A stretch of DNA of 64,000 bases. It comes from Octopus sinensis (taxonomy: Eukaryota). The notes below the pieces were generated by a model. It saw only the letters and a program-made list of their open reading frames with translations. It was not told the origin of the DNA and did no database searches. The stretch lies in NCBI RefSeq assembly GCF_006345805.1, contig NC_042998.1, positions 26,164,001 to 26,228,000 on the forward strand, read 5' to 3'. Shown piece by piece: positions 1 through 12,857 of this stretch (position 1 is its first letter; the number at the start of each line of letters is the position of its first letter). Both the position numbers and the translations under genes were made by a program.

Positions 1-182
1 TGGATAAGGATTCTGGATTATTTTCCAAGTTTTTTTACTTAATTTTTGAGAGTGGTAAGGTTCGTTTTTAGTATCCCCATTTGTGAGAGCAGTTGAGTTT
101 ATTTCAGAAATTCTTATCATTAAGAGGACGTTGGTGTTGTCTTGGCAGAGGTTTGCATTCTCTGAGTGCTCATGCTTTTTTA

Positions 183-418
183 TTCTTTTACTTGTTTCAA
201 TAATTTGACTTATTCTTTGGAAGCCTAGTACTTATTCTGTTGCTCTCTTTTGCCAAACCACAAAGTTACGGAGATGTAAACACACCAACATCATTTGTCA
301 AGTGATGATGGTATGGGGGACAAACACAGACACACAAACATGCACACACACAGACACACATACACACCCATATATAAATATATGATGGGCTTTTTTCAGT
401 TTCCGTCTACCAAATTCT
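183..418 (-). mobile_element. SINE family A (tRNA head, CR1-like tail), 3' half
   Basis: Matches the tail and body of full copies such as 806-1215. Confidence 0.75.
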
Positions 419-426
419 CTCACACC

Positions 427-677
427 CCATCGTATATATGTATATATATGTATGTGTATGTATATATTTCTGTGTCTGTGTTTGTCCACCCAACTTCACT
501 TGACAACCGATGCTGGTGTGTTTACATCCCTGTAACTTAGCGGTTCGGCAAAAGAGACTGATAGAATAAGTACTAGGCTTACAAAGAATAAGTCCTGGGG
601 TCGATTTGCTCGAAGGTGATGCTCCAGCATGGCCACAGTCAAATGACTGAAACAAGTTAAAGAGAGTAAAGAGAGTA
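427..677 (+). mobile_element. SINE family A, 3' half, inverted relative to the previous copy
   Basis: Ends gctccagcatggccacagtcaaatgactgaaacaag...agagta. Confidence 0.8.
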
Positions 678-805
678 TACCATATATCTATAAAACATGT
701 ATGTTGTTCCTTGTCACATCATAAAGACACTTTTTTTAATAATGTAAGGTTTATTAGAAAAATACCAATCTGTGGTTATGTTCTTTTTCTTTCTTTTTTT
801 TTTTT

Positions 806-1215
806 TTACTTGTTTCAGTCATTTTGACTGCGGCCATGCTGGAGCACCGCCTTTAATCGAGCAACTCGACCCTGGGACTTATTCTTTGTAAGCCCAGTAC
901 TTATTCTATCGGTCTCTTTTGCCGAACTGCTAAGTGACGGGGGACATAAACACACCAGCATCGGTTGTCAAGCAATGCTAGGGGGACAAACACAGATACA
1001 CAAACATACACGCACACACACACACACACATATATATATATACATATATATGACGGGCTTCTTTCAGTTTCCGTCTACCAAATCCAATCACAAGGCTTTG
1101 GTTGGCCTGAAGCTATAGTAGAAGACACTTGCCCAAGGTGCCACGCAGTGGGATTGAACCCGGAACCATGTGTTTGGTAAATAAGCTACTTACCACACAG
1201 CCACTCCTGCACCTA
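806..1215 (-). mobile_element. SINE family A, full length
   Basis: tRNA-like A/B-box head (ggctgtgtggtaag..gggttcaatccc), accttgggcaagt body, internal (CA/TA)n, conserved 3' tail. Confidence 0.85.
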
Positions 1216-1439
1216 TATTGTCTCAATTGTTTGTTTTTTTTAAATATATCTTTCATTAGAATATTGTGCATTTGGAATATTGTGCAATCATACCTCCAGG
1301 TGTAGGTACAATGTTTTGTAAATGCCATTCAATTTAAGACAGATAGCATGTTTGGTATATATGACATTCTTTGTCCCTATAAAATAACACTGTATGCTTT
1401 TAAGATTGGAAGAATTACAGAACAAAGACTAGTCAGACA

Positions 1440-1800
1440 AAGTTCACATGACAGCTTGCAGCAACAGTGTGGCAACATCTAAATGGCTGCAGATCCTGAC
1501 AAAATTAAAGGAATCAATAAGAACATGAAGAATGAGAAACAAATCAAAGATGATATTATCAAGTCTAAATCAGAAGGAAATATCAGAGTGGAATGTTTCC
1601 TAGAACACTATATTGATGTGTACTGCAGAAAGAATATTGTCCAAGTCCTGCTTTTGATTCAATTAAACTTCAACTAATCTTCAAAAGCTATATGAACCGC
1701 CACTTGTGAGGGAATTAGGAAAAACCATTGACTTCTTTACAAATGGAAAGGCTTCTGGTAATGATATAATTTCTCTCGTAATTGCCTTTAGTAGTACTCG
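1440..1800 (+). mobile_element. Degraded RTE-clade LINE ORF2 fragment (EN-RT linker)
   Basis: AADPDKIKG..IKSKSEGNI..LEHYIDVYCRKNIV and downstream ..IDFF..GKASG.D resemble the RTE linker. Confidence 0.55.
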
Positions 1801-2121
1801 TTGATTGTTACAATAGCTGACAAAAATCAGGCAACATCTCTGCTTCAAATTTTGCATTAAATTTTGTAGATCAACAACTGAAGAGTTTTTAAAAATGCTT
1901 TGTCAGGGTTTTGCCAAATATTTTATTTCATTTTATTTTATTTATTTTGGATGAAACATCAGTTTTTGATTTGGCATTTCTTTCAAGGCCTGCCAAGCAT
2001 TGGTTCAAGATGATGAGCATTTAGGTTGATCAAACATTAAGAAGAACCCTAAGATATTGAAAAGAAATTGTGAAATCAGCCATGAAAACCCATGCCAAAC
2101 AATCCGTCAGCTGTTTCACAT

Positions 2122-2270
2122 CATCATCATCATCATCATCGTTTAACGTCTGTTTTCCATGCTAGCATGGGTTAGACAGTTTGACCAGGGTCTGGGAAAC
2201 CAGGAGGCTGCACCAGGCTCCAGTCTGATCTGGCAGTGTTTCTACAGCTGGATGCCCTCCCAAACGCCAG
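2122..2270 (-). mobile_element. RTE LINE 3' end fragment
   Basis: (cat)n tail plus ccatgctagcatgggtt..ggatgccctcc; matches the 3' UTR of the RTE at 35194. Confidence 0.8.
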
Positions 2271-2361
2271 GATGCCCGGAGTCTACCGGCAAATTCTCCC
2301 AAGAAATCTGAACATGTGTAGCGATTATTTGAAGTCTTCTTCTCTTGAACAGAATCAGCAG

Positions 2362-2760
2362 TGGAGGCACAATGGCCCAGTGGTTAGGGCAGCAGACTCA
2401 CAGTCAGAGGATCGTGGTTTCGATTCCCAGACCTGGCGTTGTGTGTGTTTATTGAGCAAAAATACCTAAAGCTCCACGAGGCACCAGCAGGTGGGGGCGA
2501 CCTCTGTTGTACTCTTTCACTCCAACTTTCTCTCACTCTTTCTTTCTGTTTCTTGTCCCCGACTTCCTACGCAACCACTGAGCCTGGATGCGCATTCATC
2601 CATCTGTCGATGCTCTCGGTGTCGGGGGTTGACCTGCTTTCTCTCTTCAGCAGGTCTTACGAATAGCAAAGGACCACGTTTCGGACTTCTCCCACTACAG
2701 AGGCACGAACTTGCAAGCTCTGGGACGAAGACTGCTTCGTTCGCTCAGAATCAGTAGTAT
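2362..2760 (+). mobile_element. SINE family D (tRNA head) with a distinct 3' extension
   Basis: ggcccagtggttagggc..ggtttcgattccc head shared with 59812-60116. Confidence 0.65.
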
Positions 2761-3054
2761 CTCAAAGTGTAGCCTGCATTTTGCTATGTTTTCCACAATG
2801 AAATTGCAGCTTATGTGGCACCATTCCAAAATGTTAAGTAAAAATCAAAAGGAATCACAGGTGATATTGGACAACATTCAGTAAGAAGACCAGCATGATG
2901 TTTCTGAAATACAAAAGACAAACTATTTTCATTATTTATATCCTCAAGGGGACTATTTCAAAGGAATCAGGCCCAAATATAAATATATGAAATGTATTAC
3001 ACACTAGAACATTGGACTGCTCTGTAAAGACTCTGATGCAACCTTACATATATA

Positions 3055-3300
3055 AATACATACATACATACATACATACATACATACATACATACATACG
3101 TACGTACGTACGTACATACATACAAACACACATACATACATACGTACAATACATACATACATACATACATACATACATACATACATACATACATACATAC
3201 ATACATACATACATACATACATACGTACGTACATACATACATACATATATACATACATACATACATGCATGCATATAGACAGACGCACAGACTGATAGAC

Positions 3301-3383
<83 letters not shown>

Positions 3384-3500
3384 AAGGTGGAGAGACAAAC
3401 AGACACAACACAGATAGATAGATAGACAGACAGATATATAGACACAGAGACATATAGACAGGCAGATAGATTGCTAGATATATACATTGACAGACAGACA
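3055..3500. repeat. (TACA)n and (GATA)n microsatellites
   Basis: Direct observation. Confidence 0.95.
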
Positions 3501-4157
3501 GAAAGTTTTACAGATATTTTACATTTCCAGTGATTGGATTTGTAGTCTTCGAATTAACTTTCTCCTTTCTGGTTTTGAGAAGCCTAATTTCTGAAGATTA
3601 GGCAGTGGGTTACGTATCCCAGGGCCCCCAAAATTATGGGTATAAACCTGAACTTGTAATCTGGATAGAGTAATTGCAGATTTCTCAGTAGTTCTGCATA
3701 GGTATATGTATGTATAGTATATAATATATTGTGAAATAATATCAGGAAATTAATATCAGAAAAATACTTCAGAAAGATATGTACATGTGTAGAATAATTA
3801 TTGTATTAATATATAAATATATATAAAAATATATGTAAATATGTATAAGTATAAATATATTATAATAATAGATATGACAGTTTAAAATTTGATAGTTTAA
3901 AATTAAATTTTTAAAGTATCTTATGATCGTTTTGCAAAAGTATTGTCTCTATAATGGAATCCTATTTTGATAAACATTTATAGACAATACTTCTGCTCCT
4001 CAGAGATATAAAATGTGTAGTTTGTATAATTCATTGAATGGTAGTTTTTTTTTTTAAATATGAAGTAATATGAGGAAATGGTGTTTGTTTGAAATGTAAA
4101 AAGTTACTGTTTTTGATTTTGGTAAGTACACTTTAGTATGTATGTATGTATGTATGG

Positions 4158-4481
4158 TGAGGGCGCGTGGCTTAGTGGTTAGGGCATTCGGCTCATGATC
4201 GTAAGGTTGTGAGTTTGATTCCCAGCGACGCGTTGTGTCCTTGAGCAAGACACTTTATTTCATGTTGCTCCAGTCACTCAGCTGGCAAAAATGAGTTGTA
4301 CTTGTAATTTCAAAGGGTCAGCCTTGTCACTCTCTGTGTCACGCTGATATCCCGAGAAACTACGTTAAGGGTACACGTGTCTGTGGAATGCTCAGCCATT
4401 TGCACGTTAATTTCACGAGCAAGCTGTTCCGTTGATCGTATCAGCTGGGACCCTCGTCGTCGTAACCGGCGGAGTCTTTTT
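4158..4481 (+). mobile_element. SINE family C (tRNA-derived), full length
   Basis: ggcttagtggttaggg..gagtttgattccc head, ccttgagcaagacac body, ends in a T run. Confidence 0.8.
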
Positions 4482-4599
4482 AAATGTATGTATGTATGAA
4501 AGTATGTAATATATTTACACAAAAGGCTCAGTACAACCAATTCCTAAACCTTTCATGTAACAGCCACAAAGATTCAAGTTGGACCCCCAACTGCATCCA

Positions 4600-5180
4600 A
4601 CTATATGCAAATAGGAGGATGGATGAAGAGAGGAGAAGGGAGAAGAGGAGGAGGGTGGGAAGGAGGAGGAGGGTGGTAAGGAGGAGGAGGGTGGTAAGGA
4701 GGAGGAGGGTGGTAAGGAGGAGGAGGGGGAAGGAGGAGGAGGGTGATGGGAAGGATGGGGAGTGGTGGGGAAGGAGGAGGAGGAGGGGGGGAAAGGAGAA
4801 GGAGGGAAGGCGGGGAGGAGGAGGAGGAAAAAGATGAGTTAGAGGAGAAGTGAAGAAGAGTTGGAGAGGAAGAGGAAGAGGAGGAGGAGGAGGAGGAGGT
4901 GGAGGAGTATAAGGAAGGGAGGGGGCGAGGAAGGAGGAGAAAGAAGAGGAGAGAGGAGGAAGGGGGATGGGAGGAGGAGGGAGATGGACGAAGAGTTGGG
5001 GGAGGAGGAGGAGGAGGACATGGAAGAAGAGATGGAGGAGAACAGAGAAAAGGAGATGGGGAGGAGGAAATGGATAAGTAGTAGTAGTAGTAGTAGTGGT
5101 GGGGGGGGGGGTGGTAGGAACAGCAGCAGCAGAAGCAGTAGTAAGAGGAGGAGGAGGAGGAAGAGGTGGAGGTGGAGGTG
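4600..5180. repeat. Purine-rich (GGA)n low-complexity tract
   Basis: Direct observation. Confidence 0.9.
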
Positions 5181-5341
5181 GAGCAAATTTCCAAACAGCA
5201 ATATTTCCACTTGGAAAATTTTGTCAATTAGTAATTATGTGCAAGCATTCGGAATGTAACAAGAAATAATATTTATTGAATTGAAACAAAAACTAAATAA
5301 ATTCAAAAGTGACTAATGAAGGGTGAAATGAATTAAGCATT

Positions 5342-5720
5342 TTACTTGTCTCAGTCGTTTGACTACGGCCATGCTGGGGCACCACCATGAGGAATTTTTT
5401 AGCCAAATTTATAGTCAATGCAAGTTCTTATTTGTGTTTTGTTTTCTTTGAAACATGGTAATTACTCTATTGGTTTCTATTGCTAAACTGCTAAGTTATG
5501 GGATGTAAACACACCAACACTGGTTGCCAAGCAGTGGTGGGGACAAACACAGACACAAAGGCACACACAAAGACAGATGCACACATACCCAGATATATAT
5601 ATGTGCATACATACATAACATACATACATACATACATACATATATATCTATACACAAACATGCATACACACACACACATATATATATATGTGTGTGTGTG
5701 TGTTGTGTATAGATATATAT
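5342..5720 (-). mobile_element. SINE family A, 3' part
   Basis: Tail and body match family A. Confidence 0.7.
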
Positions 5721-5744
5721 ATATATAAGAAGCACTATTCATGC

Positions 5745-5998
5745 ATAGGTTGTTGCCAGTGCCTCCTGACTGGCTCCCCATGCCAGTGGTACGTAAAAAA
5801 GCACCATCCAAACATGGCTGATGCCAGTGCCACCTGATTAGGTCCTGTGCCAGTGGCACGTAAAGAGCACCCATTACACTCTCGGAATGGTTGGCATTAG
5901 GAAGGGCACCCAGCTGTAGAAACTTTGCCAGATCAGATTGGAACCTGTCCAACCCATGCAAGCATGGAAAACAGACGTTAAACGATAATGATGATGAT
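5745..5998 (+). mobile_element. RTE LINE 3' UTR fragment
   Basis: gtggcacgtaaa repeats, ggaagggcacccagc, (gat)n tail. Confidence 0.8.
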
Positions 5999-6026
5999 AT
6001 ATAAATATATATATATATATATATCA

Positions 6027-6398
6027 GTGACTGTGCAGTAAGTAGCTTGCTTACCAGCTACATGATTCCAGGTTCAGTCCCACTGCATGGTACCTTAGGC
6101 AAGTATCTTTTACTATAGCCTTGGTTTGACCAAAGCCTTGTGAGTGGATTTGGTAGACGGAAACTGAAAGAAACCCGCCATGTGTGTGTATTTGTGTGTG
6201 TGTATGTGTGTGTTGTGTTTGTGTCTGTGCTTGTCACCCCTGCCATTGCTTGACAACTGATATTGGCGTGTCCACATTTCCATAACTTAGCAGTTTGGCA
6301 AAGGAGTCCAATAGAATAAGTACTAGGCTTCCAAATAATAAAGTCCTGTGGTCAATTTGTTCGACTAAAGGCTGAAATAAATGACTGAAAGAAATAAC
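6027..6398 (+). mobile_element. SINE family A
   Basis: Head and body match family A. Confidence 0.75.
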
Positions 6399-6433
6399 AA
6401 TATATATATATTAGAAGGTATTATATATTAGTA

Positions 6434-6674
6434 GAAATGAGGTACTCAGAAATCTTCATGGTTTTATATTTACAGATATTTATTAGTATGTTACATGTTT
6501 TTATAAATCATATGTCATATAGCGCTTTCGTCCACTCAAGTAGAGTTTACAATTTGAAAACTCCACTAGAGTGGACGAAAGCGCTAATATATGATATATG
6601 ATTTATAAAAACATGTAACATACAAATAAATATCTGTAAATATAAAACCATCCAGATTTCAGAGTACCTCATTT

Positions 6675-6675
<1 letters not shown>
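6434..6675. repeat. Foldback palindrome (about 115-bp arms), probably inverted Penelope-like termini
   Basis: gaaatgaggtactc..gcgctttcgtccactc / gagtggacgaaagcgc..gagtacctcatttc. Confidence 0.8.
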
Positions 6676-6713
<38 letters not shown>

Positions 6714-6929
6714 TGGTATTCTTTCAGTTTCCATTTACCAAACCCACTCACTTGGTTTTGGTCTGCCTAAAGCTATAGTAGAAGCCACTTGCTCAAGGTA
6801 CCGTGCAGTGAGACAGAACCTGAAACTATACAGTTAGGAAGCAAACTTCTTACCCCATAGCCATGCCTGCACCTCTGTTATTATTATTTTTATCGTGTTT
6901 TTTAATTGGCCCAAGACTAGTTATTTTAA

Positions 6930-7751
6930 CCCCTTAATGGATTATCCCGAGTTTACATTGCAAATGTATCTTTTTAGAACTTTTAATTTTATCACTCAAA
7001 CAAGTTTATTTGTTTTGTGTTGTTTCATTTTTAAGCAATTACGAATTTACTTGCGTTGTTTAAAAAAAATAAGTATTTTTTCATCTGATGGATTTGGCGA
7101 TCTGGAATGCTTATGTTTTGTATATAGCATCTTTGGAAACTTCAGCTTCTGCTATGAAACTGCTGAAATTTAGAATGCAAATAATCACCAAGATTATTGA
7201 AAAACATAGGCCCTTATTGCCTCCCAGGAAACCAGGAAGACCATCATCGATCCCACATCCAAGAAGATTTGCCCCAGCTGGTCACTTTCCCATGGAAATA
7301 CCACTTAGTGATAAGAAAAAGAACCCTACAAGACAGTGTGCAAAATGCACAGAAAAGAGAGATGCTAAAGAAAAGAAAATTTGAAGAGAAAGCAGATACA
7401 TGTGTGATGTCTGCAAGATAACTTTGTGTGTAACTCCTTGTTTTAAAAATTATCATTCAAAATAAACTGTCTATCTCATTTTTTAAAAATTTTCTTTTGA
7501 TTTAAAAGCAATACATATTATATAAAAAATCGAAGATAGTTAAGTTAAAAGAATTTTTTCAATGTCCGAGTTAACTCGTTTAAATCCAAATGAGTAAAAG
7601 TACATTTTAATTTCTATAATAAAAAATAAAGGAAACAAGATAAAAACCCTTTTTTTTTTGTAATTAACACAGTGTATATAATTAAAAAGGGAAATAAAAA
7701 AATATGCTCTGAAATGAAACGCGATGTCAAAATAATTGATCCATTAAAGGG
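6930..7751 (+). mobile_element. Internally deleted piggyBac DNA transposon
   Basis: TTAA-ccccttaatggat ... atccattaaaggg-TTAA; 7088-7465 encodes a transposase C-terminus DLAIWNAYVLY..RQCAKC..I*RESRYMCDVCKITLCVTPCFKNYH with a Cys-rich domain. Confidence 0.9.
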
Positions 7752-8175
7752 TTAAACCCATGTGGAAAGGTTGCTGTGGATTAAATTGACATTTTCGTGG
7801 TTATTTCTACAAACAATGAAATCAAATCGTTTTGATTTTAAATTCAGGAAAGTAAAGGAGTGTAACTAAACGTTATAAGAATTTTGGTTAGAATTCTGCC
7901 TTCTCTGTCACTTCACTGCCTTCCAACGGATGAAAAATAATAACAAAAGAATTAGCTGAGAAGAAATAGGTTTAGGGGAAAAAATTGGAACAGAAAATGA
8001 ATAACAGTTAAAAAACAAGGAGATGAGTGAATGTTTACAGCTGTTATGAATATTTCTTTCTGTTTTATTACCAAACAACTGCTATCTCATTCCCTCTCTC
8101 TGTTTCTCTTTATGTATGTGTCAATGTGTGTAGTCATGTTTATGTACATACATACAGTATGTGATATATATATAT

Positions 8176-8790
8176 GATGATGATCATCATCATCATCGTT
8201 TAACGTCGGTTTTCCATGCTAGTATGGATTGGACGGTTTGACCGGGGTCTGGGAAGCCAGGAGGCTGCACCAGGCTCAAGTCTGATCTGGCAGTGTTTCT
8301 ACAGCTGGATGCCCTTCCTAACACCAACCACTCTGAGAGTGTAGTAGGTGCTTTGCACATGCCACCGGCACATGGGCCAGAGGAAGCTAGCGATGACCAC
8401 GATCGGTTGGTGCTTTTCACATGCCACCAGCACGGAAGCTAGTCAAGGCAGCGCTGGCATTAGCCACGTTCGGATGGTGCTTTTTACATGTCACTGGCAC
8501 AGGAATCACAACTACAATTTCCATTTGATCTTGATTTTGATGTTGATGTACTTGATACTATAGGTCTCCTCAAGAACAGCATGTCGCCCTACAATACAAG
8601 GTACTTTTGAGTGGGCTGCGGCTGGTTATGTGACACTGATGTAGGTTACGGTTGAGAACTCATTTCACTTACCGGGTCTTCACAGTCACAGCATATCTCC
8701 AGAGGTTTTGGTCTTTCGTCATTGCCTCTGTGAGGCCCAACATTTGAAGGTCATGCTTCACCACCTCTTCCCATGTCTTCCTGGGTATAT
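8176..8790 (-). mobile_element. 5'-truncated RTE LINE (ORF2 end and 3' UTR)
   Basis: Minus strand PRKTWEEVVKHDLQMLGLTEAMTKDQNLWRYAV, then the UTR and (gat)n tail. Confidence 0.8.
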
Positions 8791-8819
8791 CCATGCCAGT
8801 AGTGGCAATGGACATTAAA

Positions 8820-8829
8820 TGATGATGCG

Positions 8830-8861
<32 letters not shown>

Positions 8862-8882
8862 ATCTATGTATATGTATGTGTG

Positions 8883-8923
<41 letters not shown>

Positions 8924-8985
8924 GTATATATACACACTCATACACACACACACACACACACACACACCACCACACACACACACAC

Positions 8986-9047
<62 letters not shown>

Positions 9048-9246
9048 CCGGATTAAGCATATAAATGTGAAACAAGGTGGAAAAAAGAGTACTCAAATAC
9101 CAGAGGTAGAGTAATATGCTTTATTTAAAAGCAAAAACAAAACTGTCCAATGCAAGGGAACGTGAAACTCTGAGTAACAGCATTTGTTATATTTCTGCTG
9201 CTTTTAATAAAGTATATATGTGTGTGTTGTGTGTGTGTGTGTGTGT

Positions 9247-9282
<36 letters not shown>

Positions 9283-9327
9283 TGTGTGTGTGTATCATCA
9301 TCATCATCATCGTTTAGCATCCGCTTT

Positions 9328-9381
<54 letters not shown>

Positions 9382-9500
9382 ATATATAATATATATATAC
9401 ATACATATATATATGTATGTATGTACGTATGTATGTATTTGTATGTATATATATATATATGTATACTCATTATGTATTATTGTGTGTGTGTGTGTGTACT
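8820..9500. repeat. TA/CA/TG microsatellites flanking a short Penelope-like terminal remnant (about 9050-9215)
   Basis: Direct observation; the remnant assignment is tentative. Confidence 0.7.
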
Positions 9501-10653
9501 CATTATCAATACATCTCTAACGAATTCATTTCAGAATTTGATCTCAACCAGTTTTACTCAAACACTATCTGTAGCCATATTCTCACTCATCCCATTTGAT
9601 ATCATTACCATCTTACATTTCAATTCTCCTCTTTAATGGCTATCAATTACTAAACATTAGCTCCAATCCTTGTCAGATATTTCACCATATTATCCATCAA
9701 ACCTACTTCATAACAACTGTAACAACTACCAAGAACTCTGAGCAAATTTTTATAGCACTAATCATACGTATGCATGCATGTATGTATGTAAGCAAGCCTG
9801 CATAATATATGCAGTTTTAACACCACTCCTGTTGTTACAACCATCTCATTTTAAATGTTAACAAAATATTTACAACTAATGCCCTTTTGCTTAAATCTAA
9901 AGAAGCTGTTCATAATTTTTTTTGTTTTTTATTTTCAATATTATTTCCTTTTTATTTTTCGTTTCTCATCAGAAGAAAAGTTGTTGATTTATAAATTGCT
10001 TATAAATTAACTCTTATTTTGCTTCAGTTGGTGTTCTTTTGATTATATTTTTGTTTTCTCTGTACATATAACATATTATTAAAAAAATGTATAAATTATA
10101 GATTTGCTCATGAATATGCATGATTTGGCTTATATATTATTAAAAAATATTTGTTTTCATTGGTATGTATGTATTTCGTTACTGATATATACTAGAAAAT
10201 TACTTAGTGTCTGCAGTATTGCTTGCTGTCAGTACCTACAGTGCAGAAAGAAAGGAAGAGAAAGATAGACACAGTAGAGACCGTCAGACAAAGATAGAGT
10301 GATGAATACACGTTTTAAATTTAGAAATTGTTATTTCTGTTTGTTATCTTTAAGCTTTAATAACACTTTTCTATTTATTTTCTTTTTGAAGCCAACCTAA
10401 ACCTTATACCTATACTTGCTCCTATCTCCATCTCTTCTCTAGTTCCTCAAACAATATAGAGAGAAACAGTCACACAACCACTCCCAACCTATCTTTTAGT
10501 TGCTAGTATGGTACCAGATGGAGGTAATTATGTCTTCTTATAGGCAATTTAATTTGATAATTTCCTCTTCAGTGAGTTGTATTTTTCAAGATTATACAAA
10601 AATTTAATAAATCTGGTAATTATTTGTATGTAAAAACTTGCATTTCACTGCAG

Positions 10654-10801
10654 CAACTTTATATTTCATTTAGCAAAGCAAGCTGCTGCTGTATTTGAAT
10701 TGGTGAAATATTTATTTGAGAAAGATAACATACCTAACTTGCCTCTTATCCATTTTGAGTTTGATTCAGTTTCATGTGAAAGCATAAAGCATCTCACTTT
10801 G
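10654..10801 (+). pseudogene. Candidate exon (open), start of ATD
   Basis: catttcactgcag|...|gtatgt; 49 stop-free codons NFIFHLAKQAAAVFELVKYLFEKDNIPNLPLIHFEFDSVSCESIKHLTL; phase 2 to 0. Confidence 0.45.
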
Positions 10802-11606
10802 GTATGTTTTATTGTTCTTTTGTAAATATATCTACAAAATTCTCAAGACATCATAAAGAAACGTAGCCATCATAAATATCTTAGGTAGTATTCACATTTC
10901 ATAAAATAGATCATTGGAACAACAGCTCTGTCCGGGAGTATAATTATTTCTCATATTTCCCATCTAGTTAAGTGAAGCAAATTAAGTAAATTGTTTTGTG
11001 TACGGCAATGAAATAACACTTAGAGCATATTTGGAGTACAAGATCTGTAGCTATAAACCTTCATTCAATTACAACACACCTATTTAATATTGAAAACCTG
11101 CTATGCAAAAAGCTGCATGCCTATGTTTTTCTCAGTATTAACAACTACATTTATTGAATGAGCTTCGTTGCTCGTCTCCCTCTTCAAATTCGTTGCATAA
11201 GTGCCATAAGCTTCTGTTTTCATTTGTGACATAAAAGAAAATCAGTAATAAAATTTCTCCAATAGTAGCAGCAAATTTGTATAGAGTGCTGAATTATACC
11301 CAAAATTCTATTCTATCCATAACTAAAACCTTACATCTCTAGCATAATAAGGGTGCCAACGAAGAAGCATCTAACATATTACTGTTAGAGATAACGGTTT
11401 TTTTTTATATATGTTTTATATGTATATATGTGTTGGAAGAATTTGTATGAAATAATGATATACATAAAAAAAGAAATGTCTTACATTCCATCTATAAATA
11501 CAGAACTTCATGCATAAAATTTAACCTTTGGCCTTTCTACTGCATGAAGAATTAAAATTGTAATGCTGATTTATGTTAGTAATGATACATACCTTCAACT
11601 TTATAG

Positions 11607-11772
11607 AAAATTCTTATTTATAAGAATCAGCAGCTTTTGAACAAATTGGTATTGTTCCAGGAGTAAAAAATGAAGGACAAGTTTATGAAATGCCACAGCA
11701 TCAACCAATCATCTTTTTCTTTCTTTTATATTTATCCAATTCTATCGGTTGATCTGCACGAGAGCATGAACA
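11607..11772 (+). pseudogene. Candidate exon with in-frame TAA (11664-11666)
   Basis: actttatag|...|gttagg; KILIYKNQQLLNKLVLFQE*KMKDKFMKCHSINQSSFSFFYIYPILSVDLHESMN; SFFYIYP resembles ATD SFYVSLYP; phase 0 to 1 fits both neighbours. Confidence 0.33.
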
Positions 11773-12264
11773 GTTAGGTTGGACCTATTTTCTTTCCAGG
11801 CATTTTGCCAGTTCACTTTGCCATAAAACGAGATTCTGGTTTTCAAACTAATATCCGGCAGATTTATTTGGTTTTGATCAAGATATTGTAGCCATCAAAT
11901 TTGTCCCATCTGTGTCAAGGATATTGATTGAACAAATCTAAAATGTAGGCACTCATATTCTTTCAAATATATCTTTCTTCATCAGAATAAAAGTTATCTT
12001 CACCAATATCTAACATAAAAAAAGTTGGAACTCAAAAACAAGTAATTTTTACTTTTTGTCCAGGAGTTTCTTATATTTTGGTCGATATAAATTTTTTGAG
12101 TAATTTGTCTTATTTCATTTATTGAATCTAAAATAAATAATGTTTGAATTAATTGAAATTTATTCCATTTAAAACTTTAAAACTGGAGACTTATAACTCA
12201 TTAAAGTTTATTAAACACTCGGGCAGTTTATTAAAAATTGAACACGATAGTTTCTATTATTACT

Positions 12265-12497
12265 TATTTCTTTACCACCCACAAGGGGCTAAACATAGAG
12301 GGGACAAACAAGGACAGACAAAGGGATTAAGTCGATTACATTGACCCCAATGCGTAACTGGTACTTAATTTATCGACCCCGAAAGGATGAAAGGCAAAGT
12401 CGACCTCGGCGGAATTTGAAATCAGAACGCAGCGACGGACGAAATACTACAAAGCATTTTGCCCGGCTTGTTAACATTTCTGCCAGCTCGCCGCCTT
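12265..12497 (-). mobile_element. SINE family B (tRNA-derived)
   Basis: ggcggcgagctggcagaa head; gtcgactttgcctttcatcctttcggggtcgataaattaagtacc body. Confidence 0.85.
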
Positions 12498-12508
12498 AAA
12501 AAGTTTCT

Positions 12509-12857
12509 ATTATTACTACTACTACTACTACTACGGCATCCATCCGTCTCAAGAGACAATAGTGTAGCTCGGAACAGGTGGTGGGTTTATCTGCACTTCC
12601 TGGTGTGGCTGTGCAGACCAATCATCGGGTGGCAGTCTCTACCACATCTGGTGCAAGTGAAAGGGGACGAGAGCTGTGGTTGCTGCTGCTGCTGCTCCTT
12701 TCGTCTGGTTCTCTTTAGTTTGGCAGTAGTGGTCCTCAGGTTCTCTGCTGTCATGGCACCATGCTTGACACTGTGTCGCCAGGCGCTTCTGTCGACAGCA
12801 GCGGATTCCCATGTTTGGGTGTTGATCTGGCATAGCTCGGCAAGGCAACAGCGGTAA
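12509..12857 (-). mobile_element. RTE (BovB-like) LINE 3' end with C-terminal zinc finger
   Basis: WESAAVDRSAWRHSVKHG..FTCTRCGRDCHPMIGLHSHTRKCR*, short UTR, (tag)n tail. Confidence 0.85.

Noticed and set aside
10530-10572. ATG..MSSYRQFNLIISSS|gtgagt as a first coding exon
   Set aside because: The phase-0 donor does not join in frame to either acceptor of the 10654 exon, and it is not signal-peptide-like.
11593-12127. Minus-strand Trp-rich frame (..YI*KNMSAYILDLFNQYP*HRWDKF..) bounded by ttttag and gtatgt, which suggested TGA=Trp code or HGT
   Set aside because: It needs at least two frameshifts and several stops, gives no recognisable protein, and overlaps a better-supported plus-strand exon; compatible with chance in AT-rich DNA.
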